This document shows, piece by piece, positions 1-10,290 of a DNA stretch of 64,000 bases (the stretch's first letter is position 1; each line of letters opens with the position of its first letter). The stretch covers positions 234,048 through 298,047 of the forward strand of contig QZKH01000003.1 of NCBI GenBank assembly GCA_003598025.1. The letters run 5' to 3'. This DNA comes from Candidatus Omnitrophota bacterium (GTDB taxonomy: Bacteria > Omnitrophota > Gorgyraeia > Gygaellales > Profunditerraquicolaceae). The notes beneath the pieces are model-generated. The model was not told where the DNA came from. It was given only the letters and a program-made list of their open reading frames with translations, and did no database searches. Made by a program: the position numbers and the translations under genes.

Positions 1-803
1 CGGTTGTTCCTATTGATGACCCTCCTGTAGAGATCATTAAGGTCAGATGTGGCAAATCTTCCTCCATCTAACGGCACCAATGGCCTTAAATCCGGAGGGA
101 TTACTGGTATTATATCCAGGATAAGGTACTCTGGTTTATTCCCGGACTTCTTGAAATCTTCGATTATTTTGAGTACCTTAATGGATTTACGGTTGGAAAC
201 GGTTTCTTTTGATTTTTCTAACTCACGGCGCAGTTTTCGGCAATAGTCATCAACATCAATCTCCTTCAATAATTCCTTTATTGCTTCGGCACCGATCTTC
301 GCTTTGAAATCAGAATTATATTTAGCCAATGCTTCCTGGTATTTGTCTTCAGTAAGAAGCTCTCTTTTCTTTAACGGGCTTGAGCCAGGGTCAATAACAA
401 CATATTCTTCATAATATATGACCTTTTCAATATCTCTTAAGGTCATGTCCAGTAAAGCAGCAAGGCGGCTTGGAACGGCCTTAAAAAACCAAATATGGGT
501 CACCGAAGCTGCAAGTTCGATATGCCCCATGCGCTCGCGCCTGACTGAGGACTTATCAACGGTAACACCGCATCTATCACAGGTTATGCCTTTGAATTTA
601 ATACCTTTATATTTACCGCAGTTACATTCCCAGTCTCTCACCGGGCCAAAAATCTTCTCGCAGAACAAACCATCTTTTTCGGGTTTTAAAGTCCTGTAGT
701 TTACAGTTTCCGCTTTTTTAACTTCACCCTTAGACCACGCCTTTATTATCTGAGGCGAAGCTATCCTTATAGATATATTATCAAAAGCAACTGTTTCTTC
801 CAT
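1..803 (-). CDS. rpoC: DNA-directed RNA polymerase beta' subunit, N-terminal part; gene continues beyond window start
   Basis: Minus-strand translation from the ATG at 801-803 reads [30 protein letters not shown]...[24 protein letters not shown], the beta' N-terminal Zn-finger signature. There is no stop before the window edge. The start overlaps the rpoB stop as TAATG. The listed + ORFs 49-246 and 418-699 are antisense shadows. Confidence 0.85.
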   Translation of the reverse strand, partial: MEETVAFDNISIRIASPQIIKAWSKGEVKKAETVNYRTLKPEKDGLFCEKIFGPVRDWECNCGKYKGIKFKGITCDRCGVTVDKSSVRRERMGHIELAASVTHIWFFKAVPSRLAALLDMTLRDIEKVIYYEEYVVIDPGSSPLKKRELLTEDKYQEALAKYNSDFKAKIGAEAIKELLKEIDVDDYCRKLRRELEKSKETVSNRKSIKVLKIIEDFKKSGNKPEYLILDIIPVIPPDLRPLVPLDGGRFATSDLNDLYRRVINRNN

Positions 804-3800
804 TATTTCACCTTTTCCATTCTCATATCCAGGCAGAGCGCCTGCAATTCTTTAATCAAGACATTAAACGATTCAGGAGTACCGTGGCTTAATCTTTGTT
901 CGCCTTTGACTATGGCTTCATAAATCCTGGTCCTTCCTGAAACATCGTCACTTTTTACCGTAAGCATCTCCTGTAATGTATATGCTGCCCCATAAGCCTC
1001 CAGCGCCCAGACTTCCATTTCACCCAGCCTCTGTCCACCAAACTGGGCCTTCCCGCCAAGCGGCTGTTGTGTAACCAATGAATAAGGCCCGATAGAACGG
1101 GCATGGATCTTTTCGTCAACAAGATGGATCAACTTCATCATGTAAATGTAGCCAACAGTAATCTTATGGTCAAAAGGTTCACCAGTGTAGCCGTCATACA
1201 GCGTGATCTTTCCTTCTTCGGGAAGCTCAGCTTCCTTAAGAAGCTCTTTTATTTCTGACTCGGTGATACTATCAAAAACCGGGCATCCGATTGATAAATT
1301 CAGGATTTTTGCCGCCCAGCCAAGATGCGTCTCCAAAATCTGGCCGACATTCATTCTTGAAGGCACACCTAAAGGATTTAAAACTATATCAACGGTCCTG
1401 CCATCAGGCATAAAAGGCATATCCTCGTCAGGAACGATTCTTGCAACAACACCCTTATTACCGTGCCTACCGGCAAGCTTATCGCCTTCGGCCAGTTTAC
1501 GTTTTGTTGCTATATAGACAACCACCCTTTTTAAAACTCCAGCGGGCAATTCATCTCCCCTCTTGACCTTTTCAATCTCCTGTTCCTGTTCATTTAGCAT
1601 ATCCTGTATCTGCTCATCGAAAGAAACGGATAATATCTTAGCTTCCTCATTTTCATTCAGATCTATCTTTTCAATCTTTGATTTATCTACGCCTAATAAC
1701 TGGCTAAGCCTGGATATTTTTTCAGTCTGCAGAAACTCTATTTCTTGTTTATAATAAGCTTTTATCTCCCTGATCTTCGCCAGTTCTTTACTTTTTTCTT
1801 CTTTACTCTTCCTGCCTCTGTCTTTACGCTGAAAGATGTTTACGTTTACGACCACACCTTCAACGCCGGGAGGGACGGTTAAAGAAGTATCCCTTACATC
1901 GGAAGCTTTTTCGCCGAAGATCGCCCGTAACAACCTCTCCTCCGGGGAAAGTTCGGATTCAGTCTTAGGGGTAACTTTCCCTACTAATATATCACCGGGA
2001 GTCACCTCAGCTCCAATGCGTATAATACCGTCCTCATCCAAGTCCTTAAGCGCTTCTTCACTTACATTAGGTATATCCCTGGTTATTTCTTCATTACCAA
2101 GCCTTGTTTCGGTGGCCTCTATTTCAAATTCTTCAACATGGACTGACGTGAGGACATCATCCTTGACAATTCTTTCACTTACCAGAATAGCGTCTTCAAA
2201 ATTATATCCTCTCCAGGGCATAAAGGCTACCAGGACATTCTTGCCTAGCGCAAGCTCGCCATTCTTCGTCCCGGAACCATCTGCAATTATATCTCCGGAC
2301 TCAACATACTGCCCGGGCTTGACTAAAGGCCTCTGATTTAAACATGTGTCGGCATTAGTCCTCAGGAATTTATTCAAATGGTATGTCCTCTTACCTATAG
2401 TAATAGAGCTTGCGTCCACCTGTATTACTTTACCGGAATTTTCAGCCAAAACAACGGTACCGCTGTCTCTGGCGACTTTTTCTTCCATGAAAGTACCTAC
2501 AAGCGGGGATTCAGTAACCATTAAAGGCACTGCCTGCCTCTGCATATTTGACCCCATCAATGCTCGGTTAGCGTCATCATGCTCTAAGAAAGGTATCAAT
2601 GAAGCGGCTACTGAAACAAGCTGCTTAGGCGATACATCCATATATTCTATATCCTTTGGGTCAACCTTGGGGAAATCGCCTTTAAAACGGCAGGAAATCT
2701 CTTTACCAATAAAGCTGCCTTCGGAATCAACAGGCGCGTTTGCCTGCGCTATAACTTTATCTTCTTCAATATCGGCAGTTAAATATTCTATCTTCTTAGT
2801 TACTCTTCCATTTTCGACTTTTCTATATGGAGTCTCAAGCAAACCTAATTCATTGACCCGCACATAAGTACTAAGAGAAGAGATAAGACCGATATTCGGT
2901 CCTTCAGGGGTCTCAATCGGACAGATTCTTCCATAATGCGAAGGATGAACGTCTCTTACCTCAAATCCTGCGCGCTCGCGGGACAACCCTCCCGGGCCTA
3001 ATGCGCTTAAACGCCTTTTATGAGTCATCTCTGCAAGCGGGTTAACCTGATCCATGAATTGTGAAAGCTGGCTTCTTGCGAAGAAATCCCTTATCTGGTT
3101 AGAGAGTAATTTTGAATTTATAAGGTAATGCACGCTCAAATTGCTCAGGTCACCAAGGATGCTCAGCCTTTCCCTTACCGAACGCTCAACCCTGGACATT
3201 CCGATACGGACCTGGTTCTGCACCAGCTCGCCCACTGTTTTTACTCTTCTGTTACCCAAATGGTCTATATCGTCGATTTTACCCTGCCCGTCTTTAAGAT
3301 TGATCAAATATTCAATTACTCTGATAACAGTCGCCGAATCAAGGATGCGTTTCTCAAGAGACACATCCATTGCCAGCTTTCTGTTCAGGATAAACCTCCC
3401 GGCTCTTTCTAAATCATACCTGGTTGGGTCAAAGAACAATCTGAAAAATAAAGCCTCAGCAGCCTCCTTAGTAACAGGCTCAGTAGGCCTCATTTTATGA
3501 TAAAAATCCAGATAAGCTTCTTCTTTATTTTTGGTTATGTCTTTTTTAAGGGTGTTGGCGATCTCCGGATATTCTTTACCAAAAGCAGAAATTATATCGG
3601 AATCCTGAGAGAAACCTAAAATCCTCAATAGCTGGGTTGCGGGGAAATTTCTTCGCCTGTCAACATAGGCAATCACGGTCTCAGATAAATCATACTTGAA
3701 TTCAAGCCAGGCGCCTCTATACGGGATAATACGGCCATAAAATATTTTCTTGCCCGTAGGGTGGGCCTCCTCTTCAAAGGAAACACCCGGGGAACGCTGT

Positions 3801-4207
3801 AACTGGCTGACCACAACACGCTCATCGCCGTTGATTATAAAAGTACCTGTATCAGTCATCAATGGGATCTCGCCAAAATATGCATCCTGCTCTTTTGTGT
3901 CTTGCGGTGTCATCAACCTGAATTTTGCTTTTAACGGGGCAGCGTATGTCAATGAGCGCCTTTTTGATTCCAATACATCGTATTTAGGCTTACCCAGTGT
4001 ATAGCTGATAAATTCAAGCTTAACTGACCTGTCCTGACTCTCAATAGGAAATACTTCTTCAAATATCTCCTGAAGACCGCGGTTTCTGCGCTGATCAACG
4101 GGCTGATCCATTTGAAGAAATTCTTTGTAAGACTCCATCTGCACATCCAGCAGGTTAGGCAGATTATAGACTTCTTTCAGCTTACCGAAATTCTTTCTTT
4201 TGGCCAT
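803..4207 (-). CDS. rpoB: DNA-directed RNA polymerase beta subunit (1134 aa, compact form)
   Basis: Full-length ORF with characteristic beta-subunit motifs (e.g. ...[39 protein letters not shown]...) and a conserved C-terminus. It lies immediately downstream of rplL and upstream of rpoC. Confidence 0.95.
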   Translation of the reverse strand: MAKRKNFGKLKEVYNLPNLLDVQMESYKEFLQMDQPVDQRRNRGLQEIFEEVFPIESQDRSVKLEFISYTLGKPKYDVLESKRRSLTYAAPLKAKFRLMTPQDTKEQDAYFGEIPLMTDTGTFIINGDERVVVSQLQRSPGVSFEEEAHPTGKKIFYGRIIPYRGAWLEFKYDLSETVIAYVDRRRNFPATQLLRILGFSQDSDIISAFGKEYPEIANTLKKDITKNKEEAYLDFYHKMRPTEPVTKEAAEALFFRLFFDPTRYDLERAGRFILNRKLAMDVSLEKRILDSATVIRVIEYLINLKDGQGKIDDIDHLGNRRVKTVGELVQNQVRIGMSRVERSVRERLSILGDLSNLSVHYLINSKLLSNQIRDFFARSQLSQFMDQVNPLAEMTHKRRLSALGPGGLSRERAGFEVRDVHPSHYGRICPIETPEGPNIGLISSLSTYVRVNELGLLETPYRKVENGRVTKKIEYLTADIEEDKVIAQANAPVDSEGSFIGKEISCRFKGDFPKVDPKDIEYMDVSPKQLVSVAASLIPFLEHDDANRALMGSNMQRQAVPLMVTESPLVGTFMEEKVARDSGTVVLAENSGKVIQVDASSITIGKRTYHLNKFLRTNADTCLNQRPLVKPGQYVESGDIIADGSGTKNGELALGKNVLVAFMPWRGYNFEDAILVSERIVKDDVLTSVHVEEFEIEATETRLGNEEITRDIPNVSEEALKDLDEDGIIRIGAEVTPGDILVGKVTPKTESELSPEERLLRAIFGEKASDVRDTSLTVPPGVEGVVVNVNIFQRKDRGRKSKEEKSKELAKIREIKAYYKQEIEFLQTEKISRLSQLLGVDKSKIEKIDLNENEEAKILSVSFDEQIQDMLNEQEQEIEKVKRGDELPAGVLKRVVVYIATKRKLAEGDKLAGRHGNKGVVARIVPDEDMPFMPDGRTVDIVLNPLGVPSRMNVGQILETHLGWAAKILNLSIGCPVFDSITESEIKELLKEAELPEEGKITLYDGYTGEPFDHKITVGYIYMMKLIHLVDEKIHARSIGPYSLVTQQPLGGKAQFGGQRLGEMEVWALEAYGAAYTLQEMLTVKSDDVSGRTRIYEAIVKGEQRLSHGTPESFNVLIKELQALCLDMRMEKVK

Positions 4208-4238
4208 ATTTAGCTACCTTCAGATTATTTTGTTTAAC

Positions 4239-4625
4239 TTATTTTAATTCAACCGTTGCACCAGCAGCTTCCAACTTTTTCTTCATCTCCGCAGCTTCGT
4301 CCTTAGCAACACCTTCTTTTATCGGTTTTGGAGCACCATCGACTAAGTCCTTGGCTTCTTTTAAACCCAGGTTGGTCATCGCGCGGACTTCCTTAATCAC
4401 TGCGATCTTGTTTGAACCAGCACTAGCCAAAACTACGGTAAAAGCACTCTTTTCCTCCTGTGCAGCCTGGCCAGCCTGTGCACCACCAGCCGCAGGCATT
4501 GCAGCCATCATAGGCATATTAGCCTGTACACCGAATTTTTCTTCGAGTGCCTTAACTAAATCAGCCAATTCCAAAACTGTCATGCCTTCAATTGATTTAA
4601 TCAGTTCTTCTGCCTTTGCGCTCAT
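4239..4625 (-). CDS. rplL: 50S ribosomal protein L7/L12
   Basis: 128 aa with an Ala-rich hinge and a conserved C-terminal domain ([28 protein letters not shown]). Only 31 nt separate it from the rpoB start. Confidence 0.95.
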   Translation of the reverse strand: MSAKAEELIKSIEGMTVLELADLVKALEEKFGVQANMPMMAAMPAAGGAQAGQAAQEEKSAFTVVLASAGSNKIAVIKEVRAMTNLGLKEAKDLVDGAPKPIKEGVAKDEAAEMKKKLEAAGATVELK

Positions 4626-4639
4626 TTCTTTTCCTCCTT

Positions 4640-5164
4640 TTAACCTTTCTTATTTTTAATTTGATCTAAACAAACTACTAGCTTGCGTAGTGTACCCGAT
4701 AAAACCATAACTAAACCAGAAATCGGCGATTTCAAGCTGTAGACTACTTTTGCCCTCAGTACATCCGCACTTGGAAGTTTAGCCAGGGACTCAATATCCT
4801 TGGAAGTCAAAACCCTGTCCTTTAAAAACCCGCCTTCAAGCTTTAGGTCCTGATGATCCTTTAAAAACTCATAAAGAACTTTTGAAGCGCTGACAGGTTC
4901 TTCCTTAAGAAAGATAAACCCGCACGGCCCATCCACAAAACCTGTCAAAGATTCATATTCAGTTGACTTAAGCACTCTGCGAGCCACGGTGTTTTTTACA
5001 ACAAACAAATCCGCCTTAGCATTCTTAAGCGACTGCCTCAATTGAGACATATCAGGGCTTTTAATCTTTGCATATTTAATGATTATAAAACTATTATTAT
5101 CCTTGAGACTGTTTTTAATACGGCTCTCAGATGCTTCTTTAATTATTAAACCTATTTTTTTCAT
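4640..5164 (-). CDS. rplJ: 50S ribosomal protein L10
   Basis: 174 aa. Positioned between rplA and rplL, and its start overlaps the rplA stop. L10-like sequence. Confidence 0.9.
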   Translation of the reverse strand: MKKIGLIIKEASESRIKNSLKDNNSFIIIKYAKIKSPDMSQLRQSLKNAKADLFVVKNTVARRVLKSTEYESLTGFVDGPCGFIFLKEEPVSASKVLYEFLKDHQDLKLEGGFLKDRVLTSKDIESLAKLPSADVLRAKVVYSLKSPISGLVMVLSGTLRKLVVCLDQIKNKKG

Positions 5165-5841
5165 ATTTCAATCCTTAAACCCGGGCTCATTGTTGATGAA
5201 AGATAAAGGCTGCTGATAAACTTGCCCTTAACTGAAGATGGTTTTGCCTCTGTAATAGCTTCTATGGTCTTTAATGCGTTTTCGTAAAGCTTTGGCTCAT
5301 CAAAAGAAGCTCTTCCTACAGATACATGAATACCACCCTGTTTATCAACACGAAACTCAATCTTACCTTTTTTTACGTCACTTATTGCTTTTGCGATATC
5401 GTTGGTGACCGTACCGGTTTTAGGGCTTGGCATCAGGCCTCTGGGCCCAAGCACCTTGCCGAGCTTGCTTAGGTCTTTCATCATCTCAGGGGTCGAAATA
5501 GCACATTCAAAATCAAGAAAGCCTCCGGAAACCTTTTCAATCAAATCCAATCCACCAACATAATCAGCCTGCGCTTCTTTGGCAATTTTCTCATGCTCGC
5601 CTTTGCAAAAAACAGCAACTCGTATCTTCTTACCTGTGCCATGAGGTAGAGCAACTGTGCCCCTTACAAGCTGGTCTGTCTTCTTGGGGTCAATATTCAA
5701 TTTAAAATGCAGGTCAACTGAACTGTCAAACTTAAGGTTAGATATCTTTTTAGCCAAAGAAACCGCTTCTTTCAATGAATAGGTTTTTGCACTCTCTACG
5801 TTTTTGCTGACCTCATTATATCTTTTGCTGTGGTTTTTCAT
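5161..5841 (-). CDS. rplA: 50S ribosomal protein L1
   Basis: 226 aa carrying L1 family motifs ([18 protein letters not shown]...GPRGLMP). Confidence 0.93.
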   Translation of the reverse strand: MKNHSKRYNEVSKNVESAKTYSLKEAVSLAKKISNLKFDSSVDLHFKLNIDPKKTDQLVRGTVALPHGTGKKIRVAVFCKGEHEKIAKEAQADYVGGLDLIEKVSGGFLDFECAISTPEMMKDLSKLGKVLGPRGLMPSPKTGTVTNDIAKAISDVKKGKIEFRVDKQGGIHVSVGRASFDEPKLYENALKTIEAITEAKPSSVKGKFISSLYLSSTMSPGLRIEI

Positions 5842-5843
5842 AG

Positions 5844-6269
5844 TTAACCTTCTATTGATATGCCCATGCTTCTGGCAGTACCGGCAACGATCTTTATTGC
5901 TGCCTCTAAATCACCGGTATTTAAATCCTTGACTTTTTGTTTAGCGATCTCTTCTACCTGCTTTCGGGTAACCGTTCCGATTTTCTCTCTCCCTGCCTGG
6001 CCGGATGCTTTTGCCAGGTTTGCCGCGCGTTTCAATAACACCGAAGACGGGGGTGTCTTGATTATAAAAGTAAAACTTTTATCTTCATAGACGGATATTA
6101 CAGCCGGAAGGATCAACCCTTCCCTGCCTTTTGTCTGCTCATTGAACTGCTTGCAGAATTGCATGATGTTTACACCGTGCTGGCCGAGTGCCGGCCCTAC
6201 CGGTGGCGCCGGATTAGCTGCTCCTGCAGGAACATGTAATTTTATCTGTGCGACAATTTTTTTTGCCAT
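5844..6269 (-). CDS. rplK: 50S ribosomal protein L11
   Basis: L11 sequence ([16 protein letters not shown]...PPVGPALG). The ORF-track start at 6293 is a TTG; the ATG at 6267-6269 gives the canonical N-terminus. Confidence 0.9.
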   Translation of the reverse strand: MAKKIVAQIKLHVPAGAANPAPPVGPALGQHGVNIMQFCKQFNEQTKGREGLILPAVISVYEDKSFTFIIKTPPSSVLLKRAANLAKASGQAGREKIGTVTRKQVEEIAKQKVKDLNTGDLEAAIKIVAGTARSMGISIEG

Positions 6270-6271
6270 AG

Positions 6272-6799
6272 TTATATCTTCTCCACCTGCCAATATTCTA
6301 ATTCTACTGGCGTAGCCCTGCCAAAGATAGAGACGCTTACTTTCAGCTTTCCTTTCTCAGGATGCACCTCTTCTATGGTACCGTTAAAATTAACAAAAGG
6401 CCCCTCGGTTACTCTGACCTGTTCACCAGATTCAAAAACAACCTTGGGGCTTGGTTTTGCTTGTGTATCTTGAGTTCTTTTTAGAATATTATCTACTTCC
6501 TCTTTAGGCAGGGGCATGGGTTTTTTGCCTAAACCTATGAAGCCTGTTACTCCGGGAGTTCCTTTTATGAGAAGGTATGAATTTTCATTTAAATCCATTT
6601 CAACCAGTATATAGCCGGGGAAAAATTTTCTTTGGGATATTTTCTTTTTGCCTGAGCGGATCTCGGAAACCTGTTCGGTAGGGATTATTATTTTGCCAAT
6701 TGCTCCCTGCAGGCCCATCACAGATATCCTGTGTTCCAAAGCAATCTTAACTTTATCCTCTAAACCAGTCTGTGTATGTACAACGTACCAATTCATCAT
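6272..6799 (-). CDS. nusG: transcription termination/antitermination factor NusG
   Basis: 175 aa with an NGN domain ([14 protein letters not shown]) and a KOW motif. Classical secE-nusG-rplK context. Confidence 0.93.
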   Translation of the reverse strand: MMNWYVVHTQTGLEDKVKIALEHRISVMGLQGAIGKIIIPTEQVSEIRSGKKKISQRKFFPGYILVEMDLNENSYLLIKGTPGVTGFIGLGKKPMPLPKEEVDNILKRTQDTQAKPSPKVVFESGEQVRVTEGPFVNFNGTIEEVHPEKGKLKVSVSIFGRATPVELEYWQVEKI

Positions 6800-6987
6800 T
6801 TGAATAATATGTTTAGCATATGAGAAAGAAACAAATCAATGAGGCCGATATATAAAGCCAGGATACCGGTAACTCCAATGACGACGAATGTCGAACCAAC
6901 GAGTTCCTGCCTGGTCGGCCAGGAAACCTTCAATAGCTCTTGTTTAACTTCTCTTAAAAAATTTGCTGGTTTTGATATGATGCTCAT
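6796..6987 (-). CDS. secE: preprotein translocase subunit SecE
   Basis: A small single-TM protein with SecE-like sequence (MSIISKPANFLREVKQELLKVSWPTRQE...). The longer ORF begins with a GTG at 7029; the ATG at 6985-6987 is the more likely start. Confidence 0.8.
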   Translation of the reverse strand: MSIISKPANFLREVKQELLKVSWPTRQELVGSTFVVIGVTGILALYIGLIDLFLSHMLNILFK

Positions 6988-7050
6988 TTTATCCTGGTTA
7001 AAGCTGGAGCGGCAGGAATCATCCCGCACTTTTTACTCTGGCACAAACAA

Positions 7051-7121
7051 CAGGGGTGGAGGGAATCGAACCCCCAGTCCTGGTTTTGGAGACCAGTGGT
7101 TTGCCGTTAACCGACACCCCT
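7051..7121 (-). tRNA. trnW: tRNA-Trp (anticodon CCA)
   Basis: Minus-strand sequence AGGGGTGTCGGTTAACGGCAAACCACTGGTCTCCAAAACCAGGACTGGGGGTTCGATTCCCTCCACCCCTG. It has a 7 bp acceptor stem, anticodon loop CT-CCA-AA and a T-arm GTTCGATTCC. The 3' CCA is not encoded. Confidence 0.85.
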
Positions 7122-7189
7122 ATAAACTTTTTTTAAGTGCGGGATGCCATTAACCGACGCTCCTTTATTCACAAATAAATTTTCAAATG

Positions 7190-7339
7190 CTACTTAATTT
7201 CTTTATGTGCAACGTGCTTATGACAAAATCTGCAAAACTTCTTAGTTTCCAGCTTTTCCTGATGCAGCTTCTTGTTTTTTTTAACAGTGTAGTTTTTATT
7301 CTTACACACGGAACATTCTAAAGTAATTATCTCTCTCAT
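7190..7339 (-). CDS. rpmG: 50S ribosomal protein L33
   Basis: 49 aa [25 protein letters not shown]...[14 protein letters not shown] with the C4 zinc ribbon. The 72-aa ORF-track version carries an N-terminal extension that overlaps tRNA-Thr, so it was trimmed to the ATG at 7337-7339. Confidence 0.85.
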   Translation of the reverse strand: MREIITLECSVCKNKNYTVKKNKKLHQEKLETKKFCRFCHKHVAHKEIK

Positions 7340-7356
7340 ATTCTTTTTCTTCTTTT

Positions 7357-7429
7357 CCCGCTTAAAAGCTGGAGACGGGAATTGAACCCGTGACCCCGTC
7401 CTTACCAAGGACGTGCTCTACCAACTGAG
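7357..7429 (-). tRNA. trnT: tRNA-Thr (anticodon GGT)
   Basis: Minus-strand sequence GCTGGAGTAGCTCAGTTGGTAGAGCACGTCCTTGGTAAGGACGGGGTCACGGGTTCAATTCCCGTCTCCAGCT. It has a D-loop AGCTCAGTTGGTAGAGC, anticodon loop with GGT, and a T-loop GGTTCAATTCC. Confidence 0.88.
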
Positions 7430-7598
7430 CTACTCCAGCGCGACTGCGCAAATCACAGGCTTCTCTATAATAATATATAATAATATATACAAAAACAAAA
7501 ACCACCCCATTAAAGAATTGTAAAATTCTTTACTTTTCTTAATGTAAATCTTGGGATTTCCTACGAAATGTTAATGTTAGGATTTATGTAAAGAATGA

Positions 7599-7627
7599 AG
7601 TATATAGTATATTTGCTGATTTGTCAA
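7599..7627 (-). promoter_or_regulatory. candidate sigma70-type promoter (TTGACA-17-TATACT) upstream of the tRNA-Thr/rpmG/secE/nusG/rpl cluster
   Basis: Minus-strand sequence TTGACA (7627-7622), a 17-nt spacer, then TATACT (7604-7599). It lies about 170 nt upstream of tRNA-Thr. Sequence inspection only. Confidence 0.4.
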
Positions 7628-7635
7628 CTTTTTTT

Positions 7636-8430
7636 TTAACTTTTTTTGTATCTTGCAAGGTTCTTAAAATCTTCCACTGTAAGCGCTTCCGGCCGAAGTT
7701 CAAGGCTGACAGAATAATCCGTGCTAAACCTAAGAAGGTCTTCAGGAAAGATAATATTTTTTACGGTATTCTTAATTTTTTTTCTACGCTGCCCAAAAGC
7801 TGCTTCAATTAACTTTAAAAACGTCATTTCCTGTTCAGGCGCAAGGCCTGGTTCTCCCCTGAACTTAATACTTAAGAATGCGGAGTCTATTTTGGGAACA
7901 GGATAAAATGAACCCTTTGATATTTTAAAGAGTTCTTTGGCTTCAGCAAAATATTGCACAAAACAACTTAAACGCCCATATACCTTAGAGCCTGGTTTTG
8001 CAACGACGCGGTCACAGAATTCCTTCTGCGCAGTTATATATAAATAAGATATAAGCTTACGGCTTAAAATCAATTTCTCGATTATCGGGGTAGTGATGTA
8101 ATAAGGTATATTTCCGAAGACTTTAACCCTCCGACCTAATTTACCTATAATAGTATCGAGGTCGGCTTTTAAAAAATCTTTGTTTATTATGTCAATGTTC
8201 TTTTTCCCCTTAAATTTGTCCTCTAGGACTTTTACCAGGTCTTGATCAATTTCGAAAGCAAACACCTTTTTTACCATATCGCTTATCAAGCCTGTCATCT
8301 GACCCTGCCCAGCGCCTATCTCGATTACGATATCATCAGGCGAAAAAGAGCATGCCTGGATAATTTTTTTGCGAATGCCTTGATTAACAAGAAAATTCTG
8401 GCCTAACTTTTTTTTAGGTTTATCGTGCAT
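7636..8430 (-). CDS. rsmA: 16S rRNA (adenine1518/1519-N6)-dimethyltransferase
   Basis: 264 aa with the KsgA N-terminus (KKKLGQNFLVNQGIRKKII) and a SAM-binding motif (VIEIGAGQGQMT). Confidence 0.92.
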   Translation of the reverse strand: MHDKPKKKLGQNFLVNQGIRKKIIQACSFSPDDIVIEIGAGQGQMTGLISDMVKKVFAFEIDQDLVKVLEDKFKGKKNIDIINKDFLKADLDTIIGKLGRRVKVFGNIPYYITTPIIEKLILSRKLISYLYITAQKEFCDRVVAKPGSKVYGRLSCFVQYFAEAKELFKISKGSFYPVPKIDSAFLSIKFRGEPGLAPEQEMTFLKLIEAAFGQRRKKIKNTVKNIIFPEDLLRFSTDYSVSLELRPEALTVEDFKNLARYKKS

Positions 8431-9356
8431 CGTATAGCAGTATTTATTGCCTCAAGGAAACTAAGGTGGCTGGCCCTATTGGTCCCGGCAATATCAAAAG
8501 CAGTCCCGTGCAGGGGCGACGTCCTGACGAAACCAAGCCCGAGGGTAAGATTAACACCGGAATTAAAATCATCTGTCAGCTTCAGGGCAATAAGAGATTG
8601 GTCGTGATATAAGGCTATTGCGCAATCATAATAGCCGCGATAATGCTTATAAATAGCTATATCAGCAGGAAGCAAATCTATACAATTATGCCTGAATTTC
8701 CTTTTCAATTTCATTACCGCTGGTTTGATTATATTATTTTCTTCGCTGCCGATTACGCCATTGTCTGAAGCATGAGGGTTTAAAGCGCATATAACGAGCC
8801 TGGGCCTGTTTATACCGAAAAGTGTCTTCAGAGAAATAACGGCATGGGAAACCAGTTTAAACAACATCCCGGCATTAAGCGCCTTAGAAACAGACGCCAG
8901 GGGTATATGCCTGGTTGCCAATATAAATTTCATTTTTCCGTTTAAAAGCATCATTGCAAAATCCTTACATTGAAATTTTTCGGCGATATATTCCGTATGC
9001 CCTCTCCATTTGATCCCGCAGCTATTGATCCACTCTTTTGAAACCGGTGCGGTTACCAAACAGTCAAGCTGGCCATTTTTTAACAAACCCAATGCAAAAT
9101 CCAGGTACTCTACAGAACACCGGGCATTATCAAGAGATGGCTTGCCAAACTTAAAACTCCTTCTTTTAACATTAGCGAGGTCATAAAAATCCGTATTTGG
9201 ATACTGACCTTGCGCCAACTTACCTATTTTAGCCAGCACCCATGCGTCGCCAACTATTCGAAACTTAGCTTTGCCGGAAAATGAATTAAGGGCCTTTAAA
9301 ATTATTTCGGGCCCTACCCCTGAGGGGTCTCCCATGGTTATGCCAATTCTTAACAT
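8403..9356 (-). CDS. pdxA: 4-hydroxythreonine-4-phosphate dehydrogenase
   Basis: PdxA motifs: IGITMGDPSGVGPEII, HTEYIAEK, ALNPHASDNG. The ORF-track start at 9470 gives a 38-aa extension; the ATG at 9354-9356 gives the canonical N-terminus and abuts the upstream gene's stop. Confidence 0.85.
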   Translation of the reverse strand: MLRIGITMGDPSGVGPEIILKALNSFSGKAKFRIVGDAWVLAKIGKLAQGQYPNTDFYDLANVKRRSFKFGKPSLDNARCSVEYLDFALGLLKNGQLDCLVTAPVSKEWINSCGIKWRGHTEYIAEKFQCKDFAMMLLNGKMKFILATRHIPLASVSKALNAGMLFKLVSHAVISLKTLFGINRPRLVICALNPHASDNGVIGSEENNIIKPAVMKLKRKFRHNCIDLLPADIAIYKHYRGYYDCAIALYHDQSLIALKLTDDFNSGVNLTLGLGFVRTSPLHGTAFDIAGTNRASHLSFLEAINTAIRCTINLKKS

Positions 9357-9357
9357 A

Positions 9358-10290
9358 TTAGAATATTTTAATATAAGATTTTTTCTTAAGGTCGCTGATC
9401 CATTCCTCGATTTTCTCAGCCATCTTCTTCTCAAAAAGATAGGAATATATGCTGTCGCGAGAATCTTCAAGGCTTATCTTCTTTGGAGGGAAAAGATCAT
9501 AAAATAAAAAGATGTAATACGATTCGGCTATCTTAACCGGCCTGGAAAGGCCTCCTTTATTCAGTCTGGAAATCGCAGTTTCGACTTCGGGTTTTAATTC
9601 ACCTTCTTTAACCCATAAAAATTTGTTGATCCTTATGGAATATTCTTTTGAAAGATCCTCAAAACTCTTCCCATCTTTAGCCTCGCCGTAGATTTTATTA
9701 GCCAGCTCTTTGCCGCTTATAACTAGAGCCTTGAATTCTTTTTGAGCAGGCATATTAAAATCTTCCGGATTATTTTCATAAAACGAGGTTACCTCTGAAG
9801 GCCTTATAACTATTTTATCCTTTACCTTCCTTTCAATAATCGCCCTCATAAGCATCTGCTCCCTTATCCTTTTTTCTACATCTGCTAAGGTGAGCCCGCG
9901 CCGCATAAGGTCGCTATCTAAATCCCTGCTTGAACCATAGCGTCTTCTAATGTCGTCAATCCTGGACTTTACACGCATGTCATCGATAGTTATATTCTCG
10001 TTTTTGGCTTCCTGAAGTATAAGCCTGTCGTCAATCAGCTTATCCAAAAGATCGCCTTTTATAGATTCTATATGTTTCTCAGCCTCAAGTTCATTTTTAT
10101 CCTGGAAGTATTGCGCCTTCATAAAATTAACAAATTCACCCATATCCTTTTGTGTTATTGCCTCGTTATTCACTATTGCAACGATCTTGTCCTGGGCAAA
10201 TAGCAAGTTTGTATTCAACAAAAAAATAAAAGTTAAAATTCCGCACAAAAACTTAATTAGGTTTTTCATTCTCATATTTTCCCTGATCAA
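9358..10290 (-). CDS. SurA N-terminal-domain periplasmic chaperone-like protein (signal peptide, no clear PPIase domain)
   Basis: 310 aa. Has an N-terminal signal peptide (LIKFLCGILTFIFLLNTNLLFAQD) and a SurA_N-like helical region. Found next to pdxA/rsmA as in surA-pdxA-ksgA operons. Confidence 0.65.
   Translation of the reverse strand: MIRENMRMKNLIKFLCGILTFIFLLNTNLLFAQDKIVAIVNNEAITQKDMGEFVNFMKAQYFQDKNELEAEKHIESIKGDLLDKLIDDRLILQEAKNENITIDDMRVKSRIDDIRRRYGSSRDLDSDLMRRGLTLADVEKRIREQMLMRAIIERKVKDKIVIRPSEVTSFYENNPEDFNMPAQKEFKALVISGKELANKIYGEAKDGKSFEDLSKEYSIRINKFLWVKEGELKPEVETAISRLNKGGLSRPVKIAESYYIFLFYDLFPPKKISLEDSRDSIYSYLFEKKMAEKIEEWISDLKKKSYIKIF

Noticed and set aside
49-699. Plus-strand ORFs 49-246 and 418-699 at the window start
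   Set aside because: They lie antisense within the rpoC N-terminal coding region (the minus-strand frame is open to the window edge and matches the beta' Zn-finger), so they are shadow ORFs.
1203-4146. Multiple ORFs (65-183 aa, both strands) overlapping rpoB
   Set aside because: All fall within the rpoB CDS on the opposite strand or in an alternative frame, and have low-complexity S/L-rich translations typical of antisense shadows.
7190-7408. 72-aa version of the L33 ORF extending to 7408
   Set aside because: The N-terminal 23 codons overlap the tRNA-Thr gene (7357-7429) and add a basic low-complexity extension absent from L33. It was trimmed to the ATG at 7339.
7440-7598. Possible ncRNA in the 200-nt AT-rich spacer upstream of tRNA-Thr
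   Set aside because: I see no conserved structure or known RNA family signature, only a plausible promoter. It is left unannotated.
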